From Vicinamibacterales bacterium (GTDB lineage Bacteria; Acidobacteriota; Vicinamibacteria; Vicinamibacterales; UBA8438): a stretch of DNA of 64,000 nucleotides. The stretch spans positions 1,508,511-1,572,510 of the forward strand of contig OZ253457.1 in assembly GCA_965261285.1 (NCBI GenBank), in the 5' to 3' direction. This document shows, piece by piece, positions 9,639 through 18,187 of the stretch. The notes beneath the pieces were generated by a model, which ran no database searches, was not told the DNA's origin, and worked only from the letters and a program-made list of their open reading frames with translations. Within the stretch, counting starts at the first letter, position 1, and each line of letters starts with the position of its first letter. The position numbers were made by a program, and so were the translations under genes.

Positions 9639-11294
9639 TCAGGACGACGGGGGTCGGCAGACGAAGCTCGCGGCGTCGTCCACGTCGCCCGAGCCCGTGT
9701 AGCGGGCGACCTCGGGATAAGGGCAGACCGGGCGCGTCATCAGCACGTCGCCGTCGCGGTCGACGCGGCGGCCGACGAGGCGGTCGGGGGCCTCGCCGGT
9801 CTCGACCCACGCCACCAGGTCCGGCAGGGCGTCGATGGTGTTGATGCCCCGGCCGCCCGCGCAGTGGAACATGCCGGGCACCATGTAGAGCCGGTAGAAG
9901 TCGGCGGCGTCGGGGGTCTCGGCCAGCACGTCCTCGTAGTAGTTCACGGCCATCATCGGGTTGAGGGCGGTGTCCGACCAGCCGTGGTACGTGATCATTC
10001 GGCCGCCGGCGTCGCGGAAGCGGGTGAGGTCGGGGTCGGTGGCGTCGAGGATGCCGCGGATGGCGTCCATGCGGTAGGGGTCCTCGTCGAAGTCGAACTG
10101 CTCGATCGACCAGTCGGGGTCGTCCCGGGTGAACGCCATGTAGCGCATGAAGGTGACCCCGAAGGTCTCCAGCAGCGGCGTCCCCCCCGCGGGGTCCACG
10201 AACCAGCGGCCCCAGCCGCTCGTCCGCGACGCGGGCCCGCCGAGGGGGTCGCCGAGCTCTGCTCCCAGGGGCTGGCCGGGGAAGTACGGCTCGCCGCGGC
10301 TGACGACGCCGCCGTAGATCTTCGCCAGCGTCTCGCCCTGCCCCTCGGTGAGGCAGTCGACGCGGTCGGCGCCCTCGCACCGCGGGTAGTCCGTCCGGGG
10401 GTCGAAGCGGCACTGCCGGGGATCGTCGATGAGGCCGTCCTCGAGCCCGTCGAGCCCGTCGCAGGCCGCGTAGACGGCCTCGCCGACCCTGGCGATCTTC
10501 TCCAGACCCATCGGATGCTCGCGCATCGCCCGCGAGAACCACACGCCGCCGATCTGGGTGTTGGTGAAGTCGAGCACCGGCGCGCCGGCGACGATGCCGT
10601 CGAAGTCGTCGGGGAAGCGCTGGGCCGACATCAGGCCCTGCCGCCCGCCGGTCGAGCAGCCGAGCCAGTAGTCGTGGTCGGCGGGCCGGCCGTAGTACTC
10701 GCCGATGATGGCCTTGACCTCGACCGCGGTGAGGTGGACGGCGCGGTACGCGTAGTCGATCTCGCCGTCCCGGTTGTCGTGGGCGAACGTGGCGAGGGGA
10801 AAGCGCGCCGCGTCGTGCCCGGTGTCCGTCGACGCGGTGACCCAGCCCTCGTCCCGCAACGGGTCGGGGCGCCCCTTCACCGGCTGCTGCCCGGCGTAGC
10901 CGCCCCCGCCCCGCATGACGAACCGGCCGTTCCAGTTGGTCGGCAGGCTCGCGGCGAAGCGGATGTTGGGGCGGATCATCGCGTCGACCCAGCAGTACTC
11001 GGTGTCGGCGCCGGGGTCCATGAGCTCGGCGTCCATGACGCTGACGTCGAAGTCGGTGCGCGACAGGAAGTCGGCGCATGCGTGCGGGACGGAGGTCGTC
11101 GCCGCGGGGGGAGCGGTGCCGCAGCCGAGGCCGGCCGCGGCAATGCCGAGAAGCACGAGGAGGCTCGCGCGCGTCGTGCCCGGGCGCCGGCGCCGCGGCA
11201 GGGCGCTGCCTCCTGTCGGGAGGCGGCGACCCTCCGGCAGGATGGGTCGGGCGAAAACCGGAGCCGCAGGCGACGGTTTCGGGTCCAGGGTCAT
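9639..11294 (-). CDS. Tannase/feruloyl-esterase-family alpha/beta hydrolase, secreted
   Basis: ATG 11294 ('MTLDPKP...', then a lipobox-like 'LGIAAAGLGCG'), 'WLGCSTGGRQG' nucleophile-elbow motif, and the C-terminal 'CPYPEVARYTGSGDVDDAASFVC' typical of the family. The upstream part of track ORF 9639..11855 is Arg/Pro-rich read-through. Confidence 0.8.
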   Translation of the reverse strand: MTLDPKPSPAAPVFARPILPEGRRLPTGGSALPRRRRPGTTRASLLVLLGIAAAGLGCGTAPPAATTSVPHACADFLSRTDFDVSVMDAELMDPGADTEYCWVDAMIRPNIRFAASLPTNWNGRFVMRGGGGYAGQQPVKGRPDPLRDEGWVTASTDTGHDAARFPLATFAHDNRDGEIDYAYRAVHLTAVEVKAIIGEYYGRPADHDYWLGCSTGGRQGLMSAQRFPDDFDGIVAGAPVLDFTNTQIGGVWFSRAMREHPMGLEKIARVGEAVYAACDGLDGLEDGLIDDPRQCRFDPRTDYPRCEGADRVDCLTEGQGETLAKIYGGVVSRGEPYFPGQPLGAELGDPLGGPASRTSGWGRWFVDPAGGTPLLETFGVTFMRYMAFTRDDPDWSIEQFDFDEDPYRMDAIRGILDATDPDLTRFRDAGGRMITYHGWSDTALNPMMAVNYYEDVLAETPDAADFYRLYMVPGMFHCAGGRGINTIDALPDLVAWVETGEAPDRLVGRRVDRDGDVLMTRPVCPYPEVARYTGSGDVDDAASFVCRPPSS

Positions 11295-11368
11295 GTCGAC
11301 TCGGGCCGCGAGGGCCGCGGCAGGTAGCGCCCGTCGGCCTCGCGGGTTCGGCGCCGGCTGGGTGACGG

Positions 11369-11941
11369 TCACGGGCCGGGCGGCCTGCGGCGGCGTTCGC
11401 AGGCGTCCCGCACGAAGGCCTCGACCCGGGCGAGCTCCGGCTCGACGGGAACCGCGTCCGGCAGGCCCGGCAGGTCCGCGCGCGCGTCGAGATAGGCGAT
11501 CGACGGTCTTCCGTAGTGTAACGCCAGCCTCGCCTCGCTCGCGGTGCCGGCCGAGCCCGGCAGGAAGACCAGGACGTCGGACGACAGGACGTTCACGTGG
11601 TTGCGCGAGCGCTCGTCGCCGCCGCGTGCCCCGAGGCTGTCGAGGTGCGTGCCGATTACGATCTCCACCCACGGGTTCGGGTAGCCCGGGGGCGGTTGGC
11701 CCGCGGGTTCGTCGGTGCCGCGGCCGCGGCTCGCCGGCAGCACGCCGATGGCGACGCCGCGGCGGTCCGGCATGCCGACGAACGCCTCGGTGACGGCCGC
11801 CATCACCCCCGGGCCGCCGCCCGTTAGCAGGTGATAGCCGGCGCGGGCAATCCACGCCCCGACGCGCCGCGACCGTTCCGAATGCGGTTCGCGGCTCGCG
11901 CCCATGACGCCGACGACGGGTCGTCGCGCAATCGCTGTCAT
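11369..11941 (-). CDS. TIGR00725/LOG-like (SLOG) Rossmann-fold protein
   Basis: 'RPVVGVMGAS...GYHLLTGGGPGVMAAVTEAF...VLVFLPGSAGTASEARLAL' resembles the TIGR00725 / lysine-decarboxylase-like family. ATG 11941 is chosen; TTG 11953 is an alternative. Confidence 0.6.
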   Translation of the reverse strand: MTAIARRPVVGVMGASREPHSERSRRVGAWIARAGYHLLTGGGPGVMAAVTEAFVGMPDRRGVAIGVLPASRGRGTDEPAGQPPPGYPNPWVEIVIGTHLDSLGARGGDERSRNHVNVLSSDVLVFLPGSAGTASEARLALHYGRPSIAYLDARADLPGLPDAVPVEPELARVEAFVRDACERRRRPPGP

Positions 11942-12227
11942 CGAAGCGAACAACCTTAGTGAAAACCGGCCGCGGCGGCGCCCCGCCCTTGCACCGAGAC
12001 CGGCGAGGGCGCGTGACTCGGGGTGTCGTCGACGGTACTCGTCATCGCGGGCGCCGTGGGGCTCGTGCCCTCATCCGGCCGATGCGCTGAACGGCGGCTG
12101 TGCGCCGAGCGAGGAGTGGCGCTGCGGGACCCGGCGCTCTGCGGCCTGATCCCGCCGCGACGTCACTACCCTCGGCGGCCGACGGGCGGCGACACCGAGC
12201 CCGGAAGCCCAGCGGCCTCTACTCGGG

Positions 12228-13301
12228 CTATCGGGAGCCGCCCCCGGCCTTGTCCCCGTCCTGTGCCGCCACGGCCGCCTGCCGCTCGACGTTCCTCGCC
12301 ACCTCGAGGATGTGCCGGATGTCGTGGTTCCCCTCGTGGCACGCATACTCGTAGAGGGGGCCTTCGCGCTTCATCAGCGGGAACTCCACGCTCCACGGCT
12401 GCGCCCACGTCCTGTCGTCCTGCACCGTGAACTCGTAGCGAATCGTCTCCGCGTCGACGCGCGTGAAGCGCTCGACCACGTGCAGCGCCTCCGTCGACCC
12501 CTCGTAGTGGGTCTTCTCGTTGAAGTTGACGGTGTCCACCACCAGGGTGGCGCCCTCCCAACGCCCGCGCGAGTCGCCCGGCCACTGCCGGATGCGCGAC
12601 GGCAGGTGCGGCGCGTCGAGCGGGATGATGCGGGGCGGGTTGTTGCTCATCTCCTGCATGACGACGACGTGGTCGGGGGTCTGGAAGATCTGGAGCATGT
12701 CGTTGTAGGACGGCGGCACCATCGGCGGCCCCTCGTGCCGCCACACCAGGCAGCGCTCCTGCAGGGTGCGGGTGTGGTAGCCCTCGTACGACGGCTCGTC
12801 GATGTTGTAGACGAGATGCCGGCTGGCCTCCCGGCGCTCGGCCTCGCGTTCCACCGCCTCGGGGATGCGCGGCGGGATCCGCCCGTTGGGCGGGTCCACG
12901 ATCAGCGACGTGCGCCGCGTCGAGAACGTCTTCCGCTGCTCCTCGGTCAGCCAGATGGCGTTGTCGTAGTGGATGTTCTCCTGCGTCTGGCGGGTCACCG
13001 CCCGCCGCTCCTCGTCGGTCCCGGCCGCGAGGATGTTGCGCGCCCGCAGGGGGTCGACCCCGTCCTCGGTGACGAGGGCGGCCAGCTCGGCCGCCTCTTC
13101 CTCGGTCAGGAAGGCGCGGTCGGCCACCGTCTCGGGGCGTTCCAGCGGCGTATAGGTGGCGCTGGTCCAGATGCCCTGCAGGTCGGGATCTCCCCAGGGC
13201 GTCCGCGGCCCGGGGCCCTCGGCCGGCTGGCCCGCCGCGGTGAGAGGAAGCACGCCCGCGATGACCGCGGCCAGCAGGGAAAGACCGTATCGTCGGCTCA
13301 T
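12228..13301 (-). CDS. Secreted protein of unknown function, paralog 1 of the 'WGDPDLQG...YEYACHEGN' family
   Basis: ATG 13301 is preceded by GGAGG. Signal-peptide-like 'MSRRYGLSLLAAVIAGVLPLTAAG'. Conserved blocks are shared with ORFs 15003..15986 and 61556..62527 (RTSLIVDPPNGRIPP, PRIIPLD, GDSRGRWEGxTLVV, YEYACHEGN). Confidence 0.75.
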   Translation of the reverse strand: MSRRYGLSLLAAVIAGVLPLTAAGQPAEGPGPRTPWGDPDLQGIWTSATYTPLERPETVADRAFLTEEEAAELAALVTEDGVDPLRARNILAAGTDEERRAVTRQTQENIHYDNAIWLTEEQRKTFSTRRTSLIVDPPNGRIPPRIPEAVEREAERREASRHLVYNIDEPSYEGYHTRTLQERCLVWRHEGPPMVPPSYNDMLQIFQTPDHVVVMQEMSNNPPRIIPLDAPHLPSRIRQWPGDSRGRWEGATLVVDTVNFNEKTHYEGSTEALHVVERFTRVDAETIRYEFTVQDDRTWAQPWSVEFPLMKREGPLYEYACHEGNHDIRHILEVARNVERQAAVAAQDGDKAGGGSR

Positions 13302-13419
13302 GGCACGTCCTCCACGCATGTGGTCCACGCAATCGGCATCATGCCCCGCACGCTCGCCGCATGCAATACCCGGTCGAGCGGCATCACGTGGCGCGGTCGT
13401 CCTCGGGGGGTCGTCGCGG

Positions 13420-14805
13420 TCACGCCGAGGGCGGCGCCGACATCACCGCGTCCGGCGTGAAGATCGACGCCCCGTCGACCCGGCCTCCGGCGCCGCGCTT
13501 CAGCCACAGCGCGAAGTGCAGCTTACGGCCGTGCCGGAACGGGATGCGTCGCGCCTTGCGGCGCAGCTCGGCGAGCAGCGCCGCGGGGTCGGCGCGGTCC
13601 GACCACTTGGCTTCGCCGAGCAGCAGGTGGCGCCGGTCGGACGACTCGGCCACGACATCGATCTCCAGCGGCGCACCGCCGGCGTCCCGGCCCCACCAGC
13701 GCGAGGCGGGGTTCCAGCGGACGCCGGCCGTCGCCAGGCGCGGCGCCGAACGTCGCGCCAGCCACTCCCAGACCTCGGCCACGTGGCCGGGGAGCCGGGC
13801 GAGCACGTCGGCCTCGACGGCGTCGATCAGGTCGAGCTCGAGGCGGGACCGGTTCGGCGCGACGAACCGGTACCAGAACAGCAGGAACGGGTCGTCCAGC
13901 CGGTACAGGCTGCGCCGCGTCGACCGGACGCTCTCGCCGAAGGGCACCTCTCGCCGCACGTAGCCCAGGTCGATCAGGCGGCTCAGGGGACGGCTCAGGT
14001 TGGTGGCCGACTGGCCGACGCGGCTCGCGAGCTCGCTCAGCCGGTGGCATCCGGCGCCGATCAGGCCGAGCAGCGAGTTGGCCTGAACGGCGCTGCGCAT
14101 GTCGTCGAGCAGAAGCCGCTGCGGCTCGCCGTGAAGCACCCCGTTGCGGTCGAGGACGAGCGCGTTCACGGCCTCCGACGTCGACGGGTAATCGGCGGCG
14201 AGCTCCCAGTTGCGCGGCAGCCCGCCCCAGACCGAATAGGCGACGACGCTGTCCTCCGCGCCCAGCGCCAGCGCATCGGGCAGCGCCTCCGGCGGCATCG
14301 GTGCGACCTCGACGATCTCCGCGGCGCGGCCGTACAGGGGCGCGGTCTCGTCCAGCACGAGGCCGTGCATCATGCGCTGGGACGACCCGCACGCCACGAG
14401 GCGGAGCGGCCGTTCCCCGGGGCGGTCGACGATTCGCTGAACGATGCTGGGAAGCGCGGGGGAGACCTGCACCAGATAGGGCAGCTCGTCCAGCACCAGC
14501 CAGGCGTCCCGGGGGGCGCGCGTGCGCCAGGTGTCGAGGGCGGCCCCCCAGTCGTCGTACGAGGCGGCGGCGAACGTCGGCACGACACGCTCCGCCTCGA
14601 CCGCGAGGGTCCGGCGCTGAAGGCTGGCGTCGCTGAGGTCGGCCAGGTAGTACGCGTGCCGCTGGCCGCGCAGTGCCTCCTGCAGAAGCCGCGACTTGCC
14701 GCACCGCCGCCGCCCGTAGACGACAATCAGGGAGCCGCCCGGCCGGGACAGAGCCCGTTGCAGACGCGCGAGCTCGCGAACACGGTCGAGGAACGGAAGC
14801 CGCAC
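13420..14805 (-). CDS. ATPase (Arch_ATPase/AAA-type P-loop) with C-terminal DUF234
   Basis: 'FLDRVRELARLQRAL...LIVVYGRRRCGKSRLL' Walker A, 'WLVLDELPYL' Walker B-like, a wHTH-like middle region, and a C-terminal 'EIDVVAESSDRRHLLLGEAKWSDR' DUF234-like nuclease-fold motif. GTG start at 14805. Confidence 0.8.
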   Translation of the reverse strand: MRLPFLDRVRELARLQRALSRPGGSLIVVYGRRRCGKSRLLQEALRGQRHAYYLADLSDASLQRRTLAVEAERVVPTFAAASYDDWGAALDTWRTRAPRDAWLVLDELPYLVQVSPALPSIVQRIVDRPGERPLRLVACGSSQRMMHGLVLDETAPLYGRAAEIVEVAPMPPEALPDALALGAEDSVVAYSVWGGLPRNWELAADYPSTSEAVNALVLDRNGVLHGEPQRLLLDDMRSAVQANSLLGLIGAGCHRLSELASRVGQSATNLSRPLSRLIDLGYVRREVPFGESVRSTRRSLYRLDDPFLLFWYRFVAPNRSRLELDLIDAVEADVLARLPGHVAEVWEWLARRSAPRLATAGVRWNPASRWWGRDAGGAPLEIDVVAESSDRRHLLLGEAKWSDRADPAALLAELRRKARRIPFRHGRKLHFALWLKRGAGGRVDGASIFTPDAVMSAPPSA

Positions 14806-14812
14806 AGCATAG

Positions 14813-14842
14813 ATTGTGCTTCTGGAACATTATGTTTGTAAA
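14813..14842 (-). promoter_or_regulatory. Candidate sigma70-like promoter for the ATPase gene (possibly a leaderless transcript)
   Basis: On the minus strand: TTTACA (14842-14837), an 18-nt spacer, CACAAT (14818-14813), then 7 nt to the GTG start at 14805. It sits in the most AT-rich stretch of this region (14806-14860). Confidence 0.3.
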
Positions 14843-15002
14843 GCCATATAAAGGCGCAGGGACATCTTGCGGGCGCCGGATTCGTGAGCCATCATGCACC
14901 AGCGTCGACGGGAAGCCCTGTCGCGCTCGGCGACGATTGGCGGGCCAGGTGCCGGTCGCGCGCACGGGCTTCCGCCACGGGCTCCTGGAACGGGAGGACG
15001 AC

Positions 15003-15986
15003 ATGGTCCAGCGAGGATGCGCCGCACTGATCCTGATCGCCGTCGCGCTGGCCCCCGCGCCGGCGGGCGGCCAGCCCCCGTCCGCGGAACCGGCCGCCTC
15101 GGCCGCCCACCGGACCCCCTGGGGCGACCCCGACCTGCAGGGACAGTGGAACAGCCAGACCTCGACCCCGCTCGAACGGCCGGCCGAGGGGCCGCTCGCG
15201 GGACGCGAGAACCTGCCGCTCGAGGAGGCGGAGTCCATCGAGGCGACCAACCGGGCCAACTTCGACCTGCCGCCGCCCGAGGGCAGCGTGGGCAACTACA
15301 ACGCCTTCTGGCGCGACGTGGGCCGGGCCCTGCCCCGGACGTCGCTCATCGTCGACCCGCCGGACGGGCGCATCCCCCCGCTGTCGGCAGAGGGCCGCGC
15401 GAGAATCGAGGCCGAGCGCGCCGAGCGCAGCACGCGGGGGCCGTCCAGCTCGCCCGACACCTACACCGACCTCAGCCCCTGGACGCGGTGCATCTCGCGC
15501 GGGTGGAACGGCATCGGGAGCTGGTACAGCAGCAACTACCAGATCTTCCAGGCGCCCGGCTACGTCGTCGTCTTCCAGGAGCTCATCCACGAGCCGCGCA
15601 TCATCCCCCTCGACGGGCGGCCGCACCTGCCCGCGTCCGTCACCCAGTGGATGGGCGACTCGCGCGGCCGCTGGGAGGGGGACACCCTGGTCGTCGAGAC
15701 CACCAACTTCGACCCCAAGACCAGCTACCAGGGCTCGCGCGACACCCTGCACCTCACCGAGCGCTACACGCGCGTCGACGCCGACACCATCGACTACCGG
15801 TTCACTGTCGACGACCCGCGGACGTTCACCCGGCCGTGGACCGTGTCGCGGCCCATGACCCGCATCTCGGACCGCGTGTCGATCTTCGAGTACGCGTGCC
15901 ACGAGGGGAACTACTCGATGGCGGGCATCCTCGCCGGCGCCCGCGCCGAGGAGCGGGCAGCGGGGGCGGCCGGGCCATCGAGGTGA
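15003..15986 (+). CDS. Secreted protein of unknown function, paralog 2 of the 'WGDPDLQG...YEYACHEGN' family
   Basis: ATG 15003 ('MVQRGCAALILIAVALAPAPAGG'), then 'HRTPWGDPDLQGQW', 'RTSLIVDPPDGRIPP', 'PRIIPLDGRPHLP', 'GDSRGRWEGDTLVVETTNF' and 'FEYACHEGNYSMAGILAGARAEE'. Confidence 0.75.
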   Translation: MVQRGCAALILIAVALAPAPAGGQPPSAEPAASAAHRTPWGDPDLQGQWNSQTSTPLERPAEGPLAGRENLPLEEAESIEATNRANFDLPPPEGSVGNYNAFWRDVGRALPRTSLIVDPPDGRIPPLSAEGRARIEAERAERSTRGPSSSPDTYTDLSPWTRCISRGWNGIGSWYSSNYQIFQAPGYVVVFQELIHEPRIIPLDGRPHLPASVTQWMGDSRGRWEGDTLVVETTNFDPKTSYQGSRDTLHLTERYTRVDADTIDYRFTVDDPRTFTRPWTVSRPMTRISDRVSIFEYACHEGNYSMAGILAGARAEERAAGAAGPSR

Positions 15987-16187
15987 TGCGCCAGCCGGCT
16001 GGCCGGCTGCCAGAGCGGGGCCCACGACTGGCGGGATTCCCTTGCAGCGGGGGTGGTCTCCGGCGTCGCGGCGCGTGACGCTTCACTCGCCGTCCGGACA
16101 GATTGTCGAGCCTCGGTCCCCCAGGGTGTCGTTCCGTCGAGGTTGCGCACCATCGATTCCAGGATGCGGGGGGCGAGCCCCACGAGC

Positions 16188-17210
16188 ATGGCCAGTCTGT
16201 TCTCGCGGCTGTTCCGCTACCGTCCGACCGAGGGTCGGGTTCCCTGGGAGGACCACTTCACCGAGTCCTTCGCGGCGGTCCTCGACCACTACCCCTGGCT
16301 GCGCGCGGCGTATGCCGCCCATCTGATCGGTCGCGACCGCGACCTGAAGACCGTGATCGTCGACACCCAGCGGACCTTCGGCAACGCCCGGCCGGACATG
16401 TGGATCGATGCCCGCGACGCGGACGACGGGCGCCACGTCGTGATGGTCGAGCACAAGATGGGCGCTCCTGCCCGGGGCGGTCAACTGAAGGACTACGAGA
16501 GATGTTTGAAGGTGCTGGCGGCGGAGACGAGAACGCTCGTCCACATCGCTGGTCGCTCTGCGCCGGTTTTCGAAGCGGCGTCCGGCGGTGTGGAGTTCAA
16601 GTCCTTCAGGTGGTTCGAGATCCACCGATGGCTGCGACGCCAGGCCGCGGCCGCTCGGAGCGGCGGGCGGCACCTGGAGTTCGTGAACGAGTTACTGGAG
16701 TTCATGGGGGAGCGGGGCATGACCATCGAGATCGGCATGAACGAGCTCGTGGCCGCAAGGGTCTACAAGGCGGGCGAGGTGGAGGGGCGACTCCAACAGA
16801 TTCTGGACTCGGCATGGGACGACTGCGGGATGGACGAAGTTCTCGGGGAAACCGACGGGCGGGGGCGCACCACGCGCGGTGAGTGGCGGTTGTCGCCGAG
16901 AATGGTCCGCCACAACGTCCACGTAGAATGGGGTTTCGATTTCCGGCGAGAGGATCCCGAGTGGGACGTGAGCAGCCTGCAAGTGCCGTCGGCCTACGCA
17001 GGGATCTGGATGCCCGGCCCGGACGGCGACTGCAGACTGGCCTGCCCGTCGGGCTGGAAGAAGCCGCCGAAAGGGTGGGATGGCGACAGCGGCGGGCGTT
17101 ACGTGTGGGCCTGCGAGATGAGCGAGCTGCGCCTGCACGGAGAGTCGCTGAGTGCGCTGTATCTCGGTTTCTTCACCAAGGCGCTCACCGCGCTCAAGGC
17201 GGTTCTGTAG
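16188..17210 (+). CDS. PD-(D/E)xK nuclease-fold protein (putative)
   Basis: ATG 16188 ('MASLFSRLF'). An N-terminal 'WEDHFTESFAAVL' Glu, 'RPDMWIDARD' and 'HVVMVEHKMGA' give an E...D...ExK arrangement. The C-terminal ~200 aa have no motif I recognise. Confidence 0.5.
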   Translation: MASLFSRLFRYRPTEGRVPWEDHFTESFAAVLDHYPWLRAAYAAHLIGRDRDLKTVIVDTQRTFGNARPDMWIDARDADDGRHVVMVEHKMGAPARGGQLKDYERCLKVLAAETRTLVHIAGRSAPVFEAASGGVEFKSFRWFEIHRWLRRQAAAARSGGRHLEFVNELLEFMGERGMTIEIGMNELVAARVYKAGEVEGRLQQILDSAWDDCGMDEVLGETDGRGRTTRGEWRLSPRMVRHNVHVEWGFDFRREDPEWDVSSLQVPSAYAGIWMPGPDGDCRLACPSGWKKPPKGWDGDSGGRYVWACEMSELRLHGESLSALYLGFFTKALTALKAVL

Positions 17211-17212
17211 CG

Positions 17213-17683
17213 ATGTCGGATCGGGGTGCGGTGGTGAACGACGAGCCATCTCGACGAGAAGTAGAATGTTCCCGTGTCCGACACGCTCGCCAACGTCGAT
17301 TCGCCGCCGCCGCCGAACGGCCGCCCGGCCGCCTCGGGCGAACCCTCGACGCGCGGATCGCGCGGGCGGTTGCGGCCCTGGACGGGGTCGGTACGGTGGC
17401 GCTGTTCGGCTCGCACGCGAGGAACCGGGCGCGCCCGAACAGCGATCTCGACGTCGCCATTCTGCCCGTGACCGTCGACGCGACGTGTCGCCGCCGACTG
17501 GTCTCGCGCGCCGCCGCCGCGCTGGCCGGTCTGGCGCCGGACGGTCGCGTCGACGTCGTGCTCGTCGACGAGGCGCCCGAGCTGCTGCGACAACGCATCT
17601 TCGAGCACGGCCGGGTCGTGATACAGCGCAACCCGAGCGGACTGGCGGGCATGGCGCGTGCGGACGATGCGGGAGCACGGTGA
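17213..17683 (+). CDS. Nucleotidyltransferase-domain protein (MNT/MntA-like antitoxin)
   Basis: 'VALFGSHARNRARPNSDLDVAIL' GS...DxD NTase motif. ATG 17213 lies 2 nt after the upstream stop. The only other in-frame starts are GTG 17231 and 17234. Confidence 0.75.
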   Translation: MSDRGAVVNDEPSRREVECSRVRHARQRRFAAAAERPPGRLGRTLDARIARAVAALDGVGTVALFGSHARNRARPNSDLDVAILPVTVDATCRRRLVSRAAAALAGLAPDGRVDVVLVDEAPELLRQRIFEHGRVVIQRNPSGLAGMARADDAGAR

Positions 17684-17748
17684 CCGCGAGCCCTATCGCC
17701 GCATGCTCCGAAACGCCCAGGCCCGGCGACTCGCGGCGGGGGGAATCG

Positions 17749-18187
17749 GTGGTCGATCGGGACGTGCTCTCGACTCGCTTGAACGCGCTCGAAGGCTATC
17801 TGGCTGATCTGCGCCCGTTCGCGAGACGTTCACGCGACGAGTTCGTGCGCGAGCCCGGTCTGCACCATCTGGCCGAGCGGCTCCTGCACTTGGCGTGCGA
17901 GTGCGTGATCGACATCGCGCACCACATCATCGCCGACGAGGGGTACCGGCAGCCGTCCACCTACCGGGATGCGATTGCGGTGCTCGCGGAGGAGGGCGTC
18001 GTCGATGACGCCCTGGCCGATCGCGTGGCTGCCTGGGTCGGCTTCGCAACGTGCTGGCCCATGCCTATCTCGATATCGACCACGGCCGTTCGTCGATTCC
18101 ATCGAGAGCGATCTCAGCGACCTGGCAGACTTCGCCCAAGCGGTCGCGAAGCTGTTGCCGGATTCGTTCACTCGGCGTGATGCGTGA
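17749..18187 (+). pseudogene. HEPN/DUF86 (HepT-like RNase toxin) gene disrupted by two 1-nt deletions
   Basis: The DUF86-like sequence reads through three frames. Frame 1 gives '...AERLLHLACECVIDIAHHIIADEG...LADRVAAWVGF'. The next frame gives 'RNVLAHAYLDIDHGR', which is the Rx4H motif. The third frame gives 'VDSIESDLSDLADFAQAVAKLL...'. The shifts occur at about 18045 and about 18088. The start is either GTG 17749 or GTG 17680; the latter overlaps the MNT stop. Confidence 0.7.

Noticed and set aside
9442-11079. A 545-aa minus-strand ORF and the 487-aa plus-strand ORF 9864..11327, both overlapping the tannase-like gene.
   Set aside because: They are alternative frames of the same region with Arg/Pro/Gly-rich products. 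The tannase-family frame has the nucleophile elbow and the characteristic C-terminal Cys motif.
15987-16010. The 14-bp palindrome GCCAGCCGGCTGGC right after the stop of paralog 2, and a GGGGC-ttc-GCCCC hairpin after the DCC gene stop (59597-59612), considered as terminators.
   Set aside because: The stems are only 5 bp with minimal loops and no U-tract. Such short GC palindromes occur by chance frequently in this composition.
17274-17471. A GTG-initiated 65-aa ORF lying 7 nt downstream of a TAGAAT hexamer (17262-17267), considered as a leaderless small gene or internal promoter inside the MNT gene.
   Set aside because: Its translation is Pro/Arg/Ser-rich with no features. The overlapping frame encodes the clear 'LFGSHARNRARPNSDLDVAIL' nucleotidyltransferase motif. 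The hexamer alone is not sufficient evidence.
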